This document shows, piece after piece, positions 47,026 through 55,859 of a DNA stretch of 64,000 bases (within the stretch, counting starts at the first letter, position 1; each line of letters begins with the position of its first letter). The position numbers were made by a program, and so were the translations under genes. Origin of the DNA: a virus; the IMG/VR virus record IMGVR_UViG_3300037264_007739, positions 9,098-73,097 of that record; one strand, given 5' to 3'. The notes beneath the pieces were generated by a model, which worked only from the letters and a program-made list of their open reading frames with translations, made no database searches and was not told where the DNA came from.

Positions 47026-48527
47026 GCGGCAACGGCATCATTTGGGACCGTTATCAACGAGCCGTCTTCGACGACCTCGCCCAGGGCCAGGGGCACACCG
47101 TGGTCCTGGCCCGCGCGGGGTCGGGGAAAACGACGACCATCATCGCCGGCCTCGACCATCTCCCCTCCTGGGGCACGGTGCTTCTCACCGCGTTCAACAA
47201 GGGCGTCGAGCGCGAGCTCAAGGCTCGGGCTCCGAGCCATGTTCGTGTGCGAACGCTTCACGGCCTCGGGTACAGCGCTCTTCGCCAGCATCACGGCAGT
47301 GTCGAGATCGACGAGCACAAGGGGCGGAACATCGCGTACCAGGTGCTCAACGACTACGCGAACCAGTACCGTGTGCGGATCGACATCGGCGAGCTCGCCC
47401 CGAAGCTCCGGCAGCTCTCCTCCCTGGCGAAGAACTGCCTCGCTCGTGATCTCGCCGACGTCGAGCGCATCGCCTACGCCTTCGGGCTCGATAGCTACGA
47501 CTTCCCCGCGCCGTTTGCTGCACAGCTCGTGGCTGAATGTCTCAAGCGCGCCACGGCTGTCACAAAGCGCATCGACTTCGATGACATGATTTATCTCCCC
47601 GCGAAGCTCGGCGCGAATCCAAGCCCCTTCGACTTCGTGCTCGTCGACGAGCTTCAGGATGTCAATGCGGCGCAGCTCAATCTTGCTGCAAGTGCGTGCA
47701 AGGGCAGGTTTATTGGTGTTGGTGACATAAATCAGGCGATTTATTTATTCCGTGGGGCAGATGCGAACGCGATCCCTCGCACTATCCAAGAGCTCAATGC
47801 CAAGGTGCTTCCGCTCAGTGTGACATATCGGTGCCCGCTCGCCGTCATCGCGTACGTCCAGTCTAGGGTCTCAGGCATCGAAGACCTTGAGCCACGTCCA
47901 GGCGCGCCCCAGGGCGTCGTCGCCGAGCGCCGTCTCGAGGAGCTCCTCGGGCCGTTCGGTGCAAGACCTGGAGACTTCATTCTTTCCAGGCTAAACGCGC
48001 CGCTCATGCCGATCTGCATGCACTTCCTTCGACATGGCATACCGGCCGTTGTCGCTGGACGTGACATGGGGCGAAACCTCGCCGACCTCGTGAAGAAGGC
48101 AGGTGCGTACACCACACGGGATCTTCTTGGGTGGCTCGACGACCACCAACGGAAGGAGTACGAGCGCCTTCTCCAGGCCGACAAGCTCGAGCGATATGTC
48201 CAGGTCCAGGACCAGATCGACGCCGTCCGCGCCCTCACCGATGGCACGAAGCTCGCCGCCGAGGTCACCGCCGTGATCGAGACCATCTTCTCGGACGACC
48301 GACCAACCGGAGCGGTGGTCTGCTCGACGGTGCACAAGGCAAAGGGGCTCGAGCGGGACCGGGTCTGGCTCCTCGACAACACCTTCTTCCTTTGGGACGG
48401 GATCGAGGAGGAGAACCTTTATTATGTCGCTTGCACAAGATCTAGATCTGACCTGTATCTCGTGCCAGATGGCGTTCCGACCGCCAGTAGCATCCGCGGC
48501 CTGATGGCGAATCACGACGTCTCTTGA
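47022..48527 (+). CDS. UvrD/Rep-family SF1 helicase
   Basis: 'ARAGSGKTT', 'VDELQD', 'VGD..QAIY.FRGA', 'STVHKAKGLE', 'YVACTRS'. Confidence 0.93.
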   Translation: MSGNGIIWDRYQRAVFDDLAQGQGHTVVLARAGSGKTTTIIAGLDHLPSWGTVLLTAFNKGVERELKARAPSHVRVRTLHGLGYSALRQHHGSVEIDEHKGRNIAYQVLNDYANQYRVRIDIGELAPKLRQLSSLAKNCLARDLADVERIAYAFGLDSYDFPAPFAAQLVAECLKRATAVTKRIDFDDMIYLPAKLGANPSPFDFVLVDELQDVNAAQLNLAASACKGRFIGVGDINQAIYLFRGADANAIPRTIQELNAKVLPLSVTYRCPLAVIAYVQSRVSGIEDLEPRPGAPQGVVAERRLEELLGPFGARPGDFILSRLNAPLMPICMHFLRHGIPAVVAGRDMGRNLADLVKKAGAYTTRDLLGWLDDHQRKEYERLLQADKLERYVQVQDQIDAVRALTDGTKLAAEVTAVIETIFSDDRPTGAVVCSTVHKAKGLERDRVWLLDNTFFLWDGIEEENLYYVACTRSRSDLYLVPDGVPTASSIRGLMANHDVS

Positions 48528-48581
48528 CCAGATTGTTTCCAGAATCGCCAGACATGCGAGGTTAGGACACGACATATTGTC

Positions 48582-48610
48582 TTGCGTCCACTTCCAGAAA
48601 CCGGTACAAC
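48582..48610 (+). promoter_or_regulatory. Leaderless sigma70-type promoter of the XRE regulator
   Basis: TTGCGT-17-TACAAC, ATG at 48617; repeated TTCCAGAA nearby. Confidence 0.5.
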
Positions 48611-48616
48611 TGACAC

Positions 48617-48949
48617 ATGGCAAGTAACGGCGACGCCACTGTGGTCGCGATCGATGCGGGCGGTGATGTAGAGAACGGCGAGCTCCCGGCGTCGGTCGCG
48701 CGACTTGCAACGGCGATCCGTAAAGCGCGAGAGAAGCGTGGATGGTCACAGGCGGTGCTCGCCGAGACCGCGCACGTTTCGCACGACATCGTGCACCGGC
48801 TCGAGACCGGAAAGAGCGATGTGCTCTTCGGCGTTGCAGTCGACATCGCGCGCGTGCTGAACGTGTCGCTCGATGATGTCGCGTACACGCCGCGCGTGTC
48901 GAAGCGTGTTCGAGAAGCGGCGGAAGCCGCAGGGCAGGAGGAAGCATGA
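48617..48949 (+). CDS. XRE-family HTH transcriptional regulator
   Basis: 'IRKAREKRGWSQAVLAE...VHRLETG...IARVLNVSLD'. Confidence 0.9.
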   Translation: MASNGDATVVAIDAGGDVENGELPASVARLATAIRKAREKRGWSQAVLAETAHVSHDIVHRLETGKSDVLFGVAVDIARVLNVSLDDVAYTPRVSKRVREAAEAAGQEEA

Positions 48950-49371
48950 AGATCCGTGATGCAGTTCAGGTCGCTGCGGAAGCCGTGCTGTCCGAGCTCC
49001 TTGTGCCGAACGCGGCCAAGGAGCTCGCGTGTCAGATCGGCGAGCGCGCCGAGACGCATGTCATCGCCGCGATCACCGGCGACGCTTCGTCCGTCACGCC
49101 TAGGGCGAAGACGGCGGCGCATGCCATCGCCAAGAAGGCGAAGGCGAAGAGGGCGGTCAAGACCAAGCCCGAAGCCAAGCCCGAAGCCAAGCGTCGCAAA
49201 CCGCGCCAGCGCACGAACGGGGTGCACGCCCAACCAGCGGAGCAGGCAATGCCGCCCGTGACCGAGGGCAATGTCGTACCGATCAACGGTACGGCCTCGG
49301 TGGCAGCTCCGGTGGCAGCCCCTACGGACGAATCTGTCCAGACAGAGGGCAAGCCTGGTCTCGGCTTGTAA
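48946..49371 (+). CDS. Lys/Ala-rich hypothetical protein
   Basis: GGAGG RBS, ATGA overlap. Confidence 0.55.
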   Translation: MKIRDAVQVAAEAVLSELLVPNAAKELACQIGERAETHVIAAITGDASSVTPRAKTAAHAIAKKAKAKRAVKTKPEAKPEAKRRKPRQRTNGVHAQPAEQAMPPVTEGNVVPINGTASVAAPVAAPTDESVQTEGKPGLGL

Positions 49372-49386
49372 GGGGAGGAAACGGCG

Positions 49387-49653
49387 GTGCTTCTTCAACA
49401 ACTCATCGGAAAGTCAGTCAATTCAGGAAATGGACACGCACCGCGCGTCCAGAAAGCGTCCAGGAAGAAGACGCAGAGTCCCAAGGTCAAGAAGTCGGAA
49501 GATACCGACTCCCGCTGCGTCCAGGTCAAGTCGGCTGTCCGCCGAACCGAGAAGCGGGCTTTCGAGGAGCTGGCGATCAAGCGCGAGACGACCTTGTCAG
49601 ACCTCATCAGGGACTTCTTGTTGGAGGAGGCGAAGAGCGAAGGGCTGTTGTGA
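49387..49653 (+). CDS. Ribbon-helix-helix DNA-binding protein
   Basis: 'VQVKS...EKRAFEELA...TTLSDLIRD'. Confidence 0.6.
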   Translation: MLLQQLIGKSVNSGNGHAPRVQKASRKKTQSPKVKKSEDTDSRCVQVKSAVRRTEKRAFEELAIKRETTLSDLIRDFLLEEAKSEGLL

Positions 49654-49698
49654 AGGTGGAGGGCCTGTGTCCTCGACCCTCACAGAAGGAGGGCAACG

Positions 49699-50007
49699 AT
49701 GGATCGCAGAAATGGGCTTCCGCTCGCGCTCGTCAAGAGCGTTCCGGATTATGACATGAACCCGACGGGCCTTCCGTCCGTCGCGAGCACGAAGTGTGGC
49801 CACTGCGGTGGCACGTTGACCGAGCGCAAGGTCGGCACCGACTACTGCTGCAAGGACGCCGAGCTCGAGACCCTCCGCTCGGTTGTCGTCGAGCTCGATC
49901 AGCGCCTCGCCGTCGAGCTCGAGGACCCCCCGCAGGATCGACACGGAGCACTATTTCTTTCGTGGGCGAAGGCGCGCGTCCGTCGTGCTCTTCGTCTTCC
50001 GTCGTGA
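49699..50007 (+). CDS. Zn-finger hypothetical protein
   Basis: AGGAGG RBS; CGHC...CC. Confidence 0.5.
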   Translation: MDRRNGLPLALVKSVPDYDMNPTGLPSVASTKCGHCGGTLTERKVGTDYCCKDAELETLRSVVVELDQRLAVELEDPPQDRHGALFLSWAKARVRRALRLPS

Positions 50008-50010
50008 GGT

Positions 50011-50787
50011 TCACACGAGTCCGGCACAGCGGGCACGTAGGTCGTCGAGCGTCCCGTCGTTCACGAGGACGTGGTCGAACAGCACCTCGTCGATCCCGTC
50101 CTGCTCGGTCTCCGAGAGGTGCGCCCCGGCCATGCCGGTTAGCCCCGCCTCTGGGCGCTTGATCTTCCAGACCTCGCCGCCGGCCTCCCTGATCGCCAGC
50201 ACCTCGTTGCGAAAGCGGACGTCTGAAAAGATGACGAGCTCTGTCCGCTCGATGACATAAGATGACGCGAAGTGCTCGACGTCGGCAGGACGCCGAATCC
50301 GATGCCCGTTCGTGAGCCCCTGCGCACGACGCACACCGAGGTCGATCCACGTGTTCGCGTACCGCTCGCGCGCCCATTCTGTGCCGAGCGTTTGGAGCGC
50401 CTCTCGCGGTGTCAGGTGCGAGCAGACCTCGATGCTGAGTGGTCTCCCGCAGCGCCGGCACCGAGGATCGTCATCAGGCATCGGACCGGGCACGTGCCGC
50501 CTCGGGTAGCGCTCGTCCGGCTTGTTGCGCTCGGCTGATGGTCCCCAGAGTTGCATGTACGAGAAGTCGTAGACCTCGCGGCAGATGACCTTGAGCGGAT
50601 CGGCGAGCGCCATCTGCACCGCCCGTGCCTTGAGCGCGGTCTTCTTGCGCTCCTTCGCGGCGGTCTCGTGGACGAGCACCTCGATATCGACCCACTGCCC
50701 GTCCATCCACACGGGGTGGACCGGCGCGATCATCGCCGCAACAGAATCCTTCCCGGAGCCCGCTTTTCCCAAAAGGCCGATGATCAT
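50011..50787 (-). CDS. Deoxynucleoside monophosphate kinase (T4 gp1-like)
   Basis: 'IIGLLGKAGSGKD', 'ADPLK', 'TPREALQTLGTEW.R', 'DVRF.NE', 'H.SE', 'NDGTL'. Confidence 0.9.
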   Translation of the reverse strand: MIIGLLGKAGSGKDSVAAMIAPVHPVWMDGQWVDIEVLVHETAAKERKKTALKARAVQMALADPLKVICREVYDFSYMQLWGPSAERNKPDERYPRRHVPGPMPDDDPRCRRCGRPLSIEVCSHLTPREALQTLGTEWARERYANTWIDLGVRRAQGLTNGHRIRRPADVEHFASSYVIERTELVIFSDVRFRNEVLAIREAGGEVWKIKRPEAGLTGMAGAHLSETEQDGIDEVLFDHVLVNDGTLDDLRARCAGLV

Positions 50788-50800
50788 CGTCCCTCCTACC

Positions 50801-50983
50801 TTAGAACTCTGGTCGCGAGGCGATCTCGAGAATCGTCGCGTGCCCAACGATGCGACTACCCTCTTGCATCGGGACCACAGAGCCGATCGTTACGTGCCCC
50901 CAGAACTCCACCGTGAGCGGCTCAATGTGTATTTCTCCTTCATCACCCGGACGAAGCTCGGCTACTCCATCAAGCAGAACGGG
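50801..50983 (-). pseudogene. Start-less fragment resembling EF-Tu domain III-like proteins
   Basis: Frame reads VLLDGVAELRPGDEG...VPMQEGSRIVGHATILEI*; upstream stop, no start before this segment. Confidence 0.4.
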
Positions 50984-51345
50984 CGCGGGTTCACGAAGCC
51001 GTTCCCGAAGTCATCGCTCCAGCCGTGCAGGCCATTCTGGCCGTAGCGATACCGGTCAGACCTGTCCTCCAATAACAAGTCGAAGCGATTGCACATCTCG
51101 AGGAGTAGAGGCTCGCCACCGCGCGGCACCCGAAACCAGTCGATACTCTTTTCGTTCGAGTGTGTGTGCGCAATAATTCGTCGGCCGTCCCTCTTTCGCT
51201 CGACGTAGAGACGCTTGACCTTCCCGCCGTCATCCAACGTCCACTCCTCGGCACGCTCGAGCGCGAGACGTGAATCTTGCTCGAGTGTCGATTCGAGCTC
51301 GTCGATCGTGACTTTCCCACGGATGATACTTACGTCTTGACCCAT
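50962..51345 (-). CDS. Hypothetical protein with atypical codon usage
   Basis: 127 aa, AGGAAG RBS. Confidence 0.5.
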   Translation of the reverse strand: MGQDVSIIRGKVTIDELESTLEQDSRLALERAEEWTLDDGGKVKRLYVERKRDGRRIIAHTHSNEKSIDWFRVPRGGEPLLLEMCNRFDLLLEDRSDRYRYGQNGLHGWSDDFGNGFVNPRPFCLME

Positions 51346-51372
51346 CGTATTTTTCTTCCTTTGACTCTCTAC

Positions 51373-51549
51373 TCACTCCAGCCGCTTCCACGAGCGGCGC
51401 TTCACGATGTCCCGGATCGTGACCGGCTTGACTCGGTAGTCGACCGCGATCTTCGCGTAGCTCTCCCCCGTGGTCTCGCGTCTCGCGCGGATCGCCCGGA
51501 CGTTCGCCTCGGTCAGGATCGCCGCTCCGTGTCTCGAGCCGAGTGACAT
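51373..51549 (-). CDS. Stand-alone HNH-associated HTH domain (58 aa)
   Basis: MSLGSRHGAAILTEANVRAIR...YAKIAVDYRVKPVTIRDIVKRRSWK; not in the ORF track. Confidence 0.6.
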   Translation of the reverse strand: MSLGSRHGAAILTEANVRAIRARRETTGESYAKIAVDYRVKPVTIRDIVKRRSWKRLE

Positions 51550-51579
51550 CGCCGACGGTCTCGTCTGAATCCCAGTCTG

Positions 51580-51963
51580 TCATAGCAAGAACTCCTCCAC
51601 GCAGCGTCGACGGTCCGCCGCGGTCTCGCCGCACAACCTGAACATCATCACGAAGCGCCGGCGCGCCGCCTCGTCATCGCGTGCTCGCTTGAGCGCACGG
51701 ATCGCCCTTCGTTCCATCTCATCGCTTCGATGCGTACGCAGGTCTTCGATACGAAATGACCGCACGATCATCGACGCCCACTGCGGCACGAAGAGCCCAC
51801 GCCAGAGCTTGCGGTCTGAATCCCACGCCAAGTCTTCGGGCTCGAGCCCCTTTGCTGGCGGGTCGTCGTGCTTCTCGAGCACGCCGGCTGCCTCGTAGAT
51901 CGAGGCGTGCTTATCCGAGACTTGGACCGTGTCCTCAGCTCGGTCGATCTCGGTCACCTGCAT
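51580..51963 (-). CDS. PxWA-family paralog 1
   Basis: 'EAAGV...FVPQWA...ALKRARDD...FRL'. Confidence 0.55.
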   Translation of the reverse strand: MQVTEIDRAEDTVQVSDKHASIYEAAGVLEKHDDPPAKGLEPEDLAWDSDRKLWRGLFVPQWASMIVRSFRIEDLRTHRSDEMERRAIRALKRARDDEAARRRFVMMFRLCGETAADRRRCVEEFLL

Positions 51964-52136
51964 CTCCCGCACTCGAGCGCGGCTCCGTCCGCGATCAACT
52001 TCAAAGCGATGCGGCGCCGCTCGACGTGCTCGTCCTCGGTTTCCTCCAGGTCTCGAACGAGGAGCGACGAAAGACCGACAGCGCCGCCGCAGTAGCAGCA
52101 CCACACCTTTGGCAACGCCACCTCTTCGACGTTCAT
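51954..52136 (-). CDS. Small Zn-finger protein
   Basis: CCYCG...CGRC. Confidence 0.45.
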   Translation of the reverse strand: MNVEEVALPKVWCCYCGGAVGLSSLLVRDLEETEDEHVERRRIALKLIADGAALECGRCR

Positions 52137-52681
52137 CAGAGTCCTACGCGTTCGGCCCATTCTGCCACCGATAGCCTTTCTCCATTGAAAGTCACACGAC
52201 GTGTCCACCGCTTGTTTCGCGATTGATCTCTCATCGTGGCCCAACAACAATTTCGCGGTGAATAGCCTCCGTTGTTGTTCTTCCGTTCGATTGTTGCGCC
52301 AAGCCCGGGGCGCGGCCCCATGTCAGCAAAGAAATTCTCGAACTTCGCCCATCGTTTGCAGACCTTGATTCCTCGTCCACGGTAGTCATTCTTCTCTCGG
52401 CATCGACGATGCATCTGCACCCAGGTTTTGTACTCCAGGGAGGACTGTCCCTTTGTGGTGTGGCCGTGCGTGGTTCGGCGACGTGATGCCTCCTCTTTCA
52501 TGAGGCAGCCGCATGATCGTGAAGCTCGATCGTCGCTCCGGAGCAGCGCCTCTGCGGCGACTTCCTGTATGGCGCCGCATAGACAGCGACAAGTCCAATA
52601 TGTTCGTCCGTTCCGACTTGGTGCACGTTCCTTCACACACCAACGGCCGATTTGCTGCCCACGCAGATCTTTCAATCGCAC
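52136..52681 (-). CDS. HNH homing endonuclease
   Basis: 'WTCRCLCG...SCGC...THG...YRGRGIKVC.RW..FENF.ADMG.RP...TIER.NNNG.Y.P.NC.WAT...Q..N'. Confidence 0.88.
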   Translation of the reverse strand: MRLKDLRGQQIGRWCVKERAPSRNGRTYWTCRCLCGAIQEVAAEALLRSDDRASRSCGCLMKEEASRRRTTHGHTTKGQSSLEYKTWVQMHRRCREKNDYRGRGIKVCKRWAKFENFFADMGPRPGLGATIERKNNNGGYSPRNCCWATMRDQSRNKRWTRRVTFNGERLSVAEWAERVGL

Positions 52682-53115
52682 TAGAGCTTATCTATAGCCT
52701 TATTGCGTGCTTTGCAACTGAACTCCACGTGGTCGCGCCACATCGATGCGTCATCGAACTTTTTTCCGCATGAGCACACCAACGTCTGCGCGAACTCTTG
52801 ACCGAGCTGCTCGACGAGATCTTTGCGGTCCGCTGGGTCGATGCAGCACACGAGCGTGGTCACGATCTGCGCGACGCCTGGGTCACGCGCCGCCTTCTTG
52901 AGCGCGCACATCTTGAGCCGCTGCGAGACCTCCTCGACGGAGCAGATCGCCTCCGCCCACGCCGGTGCGAACGCTGGGGCCGAGTAGTCGTTCGACGGCA
53001 CATTCTCGACGGCGACGCCGTCCAGTCCTGCGGCCCTGATATACGACGCCGTCTGTCGACCGACCTCGATCCACCCCGGATGGGGCGGCTTCACTTCTGG
53101 TTTGCTCATCGTCAT
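52681..53115 (-). CDS. PxWA-family paralog 2 with C-terminal Zn-finger-like motif
   Basis: 'RAAGL...FAPAWA...ALKKAARD'; 'CSCGKKF....W.DH...C'. Confidence 0.55.
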   Translation of the reverse strand: MTMSKPEVKPPHPGWIEVGRQTASYIRAAGLDGVAVENVPSNDYSAPAFAPAWAEAICSVEEVSQRLKMCALKKAARDPGVAQIVTTLVCCIDPADRKDLVEQLGQEFAQTLVCSCGKKFDDASMWRDHVEFSCKARNKAIDKL

Positions 53116-53435
53116 CCCTCTTTCTTCTCGCCGTCGATCGTGAACGTCATCGTCACGAAGTTGACTGGCACCTTGAGCTGGATCTCGGCGTGGATCTCGT
53201 GCGCGTCCGCGCCTGGCAGCTCGACCTCGCACGCGACCAACGTCCGTGCGACCTTCGCGTCTTCTGGGTCAGCGAAGAAGTGCTGGAACCGAACGCCGTC
53301 CCAAATGCCCGCGTTGTAGCGCGAGTCCGACACCGACGACTTCGGCGCGTCGATCCACTCCGAGTGCACAGGGCGCCCAAGCTCTTCGAGCGCCTTCTTC
53401 TCGAGCTGTGAGATCTCGACCCAGCCTTCGATCAT
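53112..53435 (-). CDS. Hypothetical protein
   Basis: ATGA-coupled ORF. Confidence 0.5.
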   Translation of the reverse strand: MIEGWVEISQLEKKALEELGRPVHSEWIDAPKSSVSDSRYNAGIWDGVRFQHFFADPEDAKVARTLVACEVELPGADAHEIHAEIQLKVPVNFVTMTFTIDGEKKEG

Positions 53436-53911
53436 TTTTGCTGCGCCTTTCTGACTTCGTCGAGCATCGCGCGCTTCTCGTTCTCGAGCCGCTCGAGGTC
53501 GATGCCTGCATACCGCGCGAGGAGCTTCATGATCGGCTCGTGAATGCAGTTCATGATGCCGTCGTTCTCGTAGCCGCAGTCCTTCTCTTTGTGCTTGTAC
53601 CAGCGGCCGTTCTCGCTCTGGTGACGGAACGGGCTTGGGCAGTGGGGGTACTCGTCATTGTTGTAGGAGACGCCGTCGCCGATCGATTCGCAGTTCACCT
53701 CGTGCTTCCAGAAGCGCGCGAGCTGAATGCCGTCCTGTTGGAGCCACTCGAGGAATCGACCGAGCTCCTCGGTCTTGAGCTCCTCCTTCGCTGCGTGCAG
53801 CTTCTCGTGCTCCGGATACCGTGGCTCGGCGCAGTCCGCGCAGAACGTCGGCGCGTTCGCCCGCCACTGCGCGCCGCACTTCGTGCACTTCCAGAATCCC
53901 TCGCCGGTCAT
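53432..53911 (-). CDS. Hypothetical protein with Zn ribbon
   Basis: CTKC...CADC; 'YPEHEKL...LGRFLEWL...LLARY.GID...LE.EKR..L'. Confidence 0.6.
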   Translation of the reverse strand: MTGEGFWKCTKCGAQWRANAPTFCADCAEPRYPEHEKLHAAKEELKTEELGRFLEWLQQDGIQLARFWKHEVNCESIGDGVSYNNDEYPHCPSPFRHQSENGRWYKHKEKDCGYENDGIMNCIHEPIMKLLARYAGIDLERLENEKRAMLDEVRKAQQK

Positions 53912-54135
53912 CGAACCCTCATGATCTCGGCCTTCGTGAACGTCGCCGTCTTCTCGAACTTCTCTTGGAAGTCACCGAGGTCCGCGATCTCGACGCGGAA
54001 GTAGAGCATCCCCTCCTGATAGTTCGCGCTTTCGCTACCCTGGATCTTAGCGCCCGACGAACGAAGGTCAGAACGCGCTGCCTCGAGATCGCCGGTGTGC
54101 TGCGCGCCCGACACGTGAACGTAATACTCAGTCAT
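53908..54135 (-). CDS. Hypothetical protein
   Basis: GAGGAGG RBS. Confidence 0.5.
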   Translation of the reverse strand: MTEYYVHVSGAQHTGDLEAARSDLRSSGAKIQGSESANYQEGMLYFRVEIADLGDFQEKFEKTATFTKAEIMRVR

Positions 54136-54916
54136 CGCGCGCCTCCTCTTCGAGCGCGCCCGACGCCATCGGCGGCTTGGCGCTCGGCGCGACGAGATCG
54201 ATCTCCTTTGCGAGCGAGCGTGCGAGGTCGAGGATGCCGCGTCCCTTGTCGGAGGATTCGAGGATCTTCTTCATGAGCGACTGCTTGGCGTGCTGCGATC
54301 GCTTCTCGAAGGCGGTGACCTCTTCGCGCAGGTAGTCGAGCCGATCGCACGCCGCTTCGAGCTCGACGACCACGGCCTCGAGCATGCCCACAGCCTCGAT
54401 CTCGCCGAGCTCGGCCGCGCTCACGTACGCCACGAACTGAGCGCCGTGCCGCCGGTCGAGATTGCCGAGCTCGAGCTTCGCGTATTCGACTCGCGAGCGC
54501 CGGGCGCGGAATCCGTTCATGAATGACGGCCGCTTCTCCTGCATCGGCTTCCGTGACGAGACCGACGAAAACGAGACGATGTGCGACGCCGTCGCGTACG
54601 AGACTTCGACCCTCGGCACCGGCTTATCGTCGCCATCGGAGAAGGCTCGGATCATCTTCGCGAACCGCTTCTTCATGATGTCGGCGACTTCGGTCTCAAT
54701 GCTTTTCGTGATCCCCAGGACTTCATCCCGAAGATTGATGCACCGCTGGCGCTCGATCTCGAACGCCTTCTCGAGCCCGGCCTTCGCCTCGTGCAGGCAC
54801 AGATCAAAGATGTCGCCCCGCGACAGCCTGATCTTGATGTCCTTCGCGTCCTGAACGACGAGCGCGCTCGTTGCTTCGCTGAGCTTCTCGGTCTTCTTCG
54901 TCATCGCTGTCTTCAC
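54128..54916 (-). CDS. Coiled-coil hypothetical protein
   Basis: 262 aa, GAGGG RBS. Confidence 0.6.
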   Translation of the reverse strand: MKTAMTKKTEKLSEATSALVVQDAKDIKIRLSRGDIFDLCLHEAKAGLEKAFEIERQRCINLRDEVLGITKSIETEVADIMKKRFAKMIRAFSDGDDKPVPRVEVSYATASHIVSFSSVSSRKPMQEKRPSFMNGFRARRSRVEYAKLELGNLDRRHGAQFVAYVSAAELGEIEAVGMLEAVVVELEAACDRLDYLREEVTAFEKRSQHAKQSLMKKILESSDKGRGILDLARSLAKEIDLVAPSAKPPMASGALEEEARDD

Positions 54917-54928
54917 GTCATCCCTCTT

Positions 54929-54970
54929 CTTTCATCGTCCAAAGTTGTGCTTTCTATCGTCCAAAGTTGT
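54929..54970 (+). repeat. Tandem duplication with a period of about 22 nt
   Basis: ATCGTCCAAAGTTGT at 54934 and 54956. Confidence 0.85.
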
Positions 54971-55109
54971 CGAGTGCGAACACCGCGCCGAGGCCGAAGC
55001 ACAAGCCGCCCCAGAACAGCATCCATGCGATGAACGGCGCTGCGAGCTTCACGCCCTTCCACGAATCGTGCGCCACGCCCCACAAGATCGTCCTCAAGTC
55101 GAAGATCAC
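54954..55109 (-). CDS. Small membrane protein
   Basis: Hydrophobic 'APFIAWMLFWGGLCFGLGAVF'. Confidence 0.5.
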   Translation of the reverse strand: MIFDLRTILWGVAHDSWKGVKLAAPFIAWMLFWGGLCFGLGAVFALDNFGR

Positions 55110-55477
55110 GTCTTCACCTCGCCCGGATCGAGGTCGACCTCGTTCATCATCCACGTCGTCATGGAGTCCGTGATCCAGTGCTTATGAGGAGGAGACGGGC
55201 GCTTCCCGCCCAACTCAGTCTCGACGCGCTTGGGCAGGCCACGAATGAACGCCTCGAGCTGCCAGATCCGGTCTCGGAGCTCGATGAAGCGCGCACCGTT
55301 CTCGTCACGGGCGATCGTCAGCGCACGATGCGACGAGTGAAGCTCAGCGAACGCTAGGTTCGCGCGGTCGCGTTCCATGCGAACGTGCGCGATCTCTTGC
55401 TCGAGCACGGCGCACCGATCCACGAGGCGGCGGAACCTCTCGAGCTCGTCATCGTCAATGAGCGTCTGCTTCGTCAT
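55106..55477 (-). CDS. Coiled-coil hypothetical protein
   Basis: 123-aa ORF. Confidence 0.5.
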   Translation of the reverse strand: MTKQTLIDDDELERFRRLVDRCAVLEQEIAHVRMERDRANLAFAELHSSHRALTIARDENGARFIELRDRIWQLEAFIRGLPKRVETELGGKRPSPPHKHWITDSMTTWMMNEVDLDPGEVKT

Positions 55478-55859
55478 CCCTCTCCCTCTTCTTCGTGCGC
55501 TTCTTCAGCTCGGCGTACGACTTTGCGAAGTACGCCGTGACCTTGTCGAGGTTGCCGACTTCGCGCCCGCCCTCAGCGCTAAAGTCGCCCCACACGCCGG
55601 GCTTGAAGAGGACATGCCGTCCGTCGTACGCGAGCGAGCACGTCAGCACGACGAGGTCGCGGGCCTCTTCCAAAGTATCCACCGAGAACACCGGCAGGCC
55701 GCGACCGTAGTTCGCGCCCTTGCCCCTCATCCTCTCGCGCGCCTTCGCGCTTCGCGGTTGCTTCTCGCCCTTCTTCCAGAAGGACACCGTTCCGTCGCGT
55801 CAAAGCGCCAGCATCACAGGCCGAGCAAGTGTGTCGGCCATCGTTTCGGTCTTAGGCAT
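55455..55859 (-). CDS. Hypothetical protein, possibly interrupted by an in-frame TGA at 55800-55802
   Basis: MPKTET...VMLAL*RDGTVSFW...GLPVFSVDTLEEA. Confidence 0.45.

Noticed and set aside
53105-55485. Recurring GAGGGATGAC at gene junctions
   Set aside because: Explained by an RBS plus ATG/TGA translational coupling
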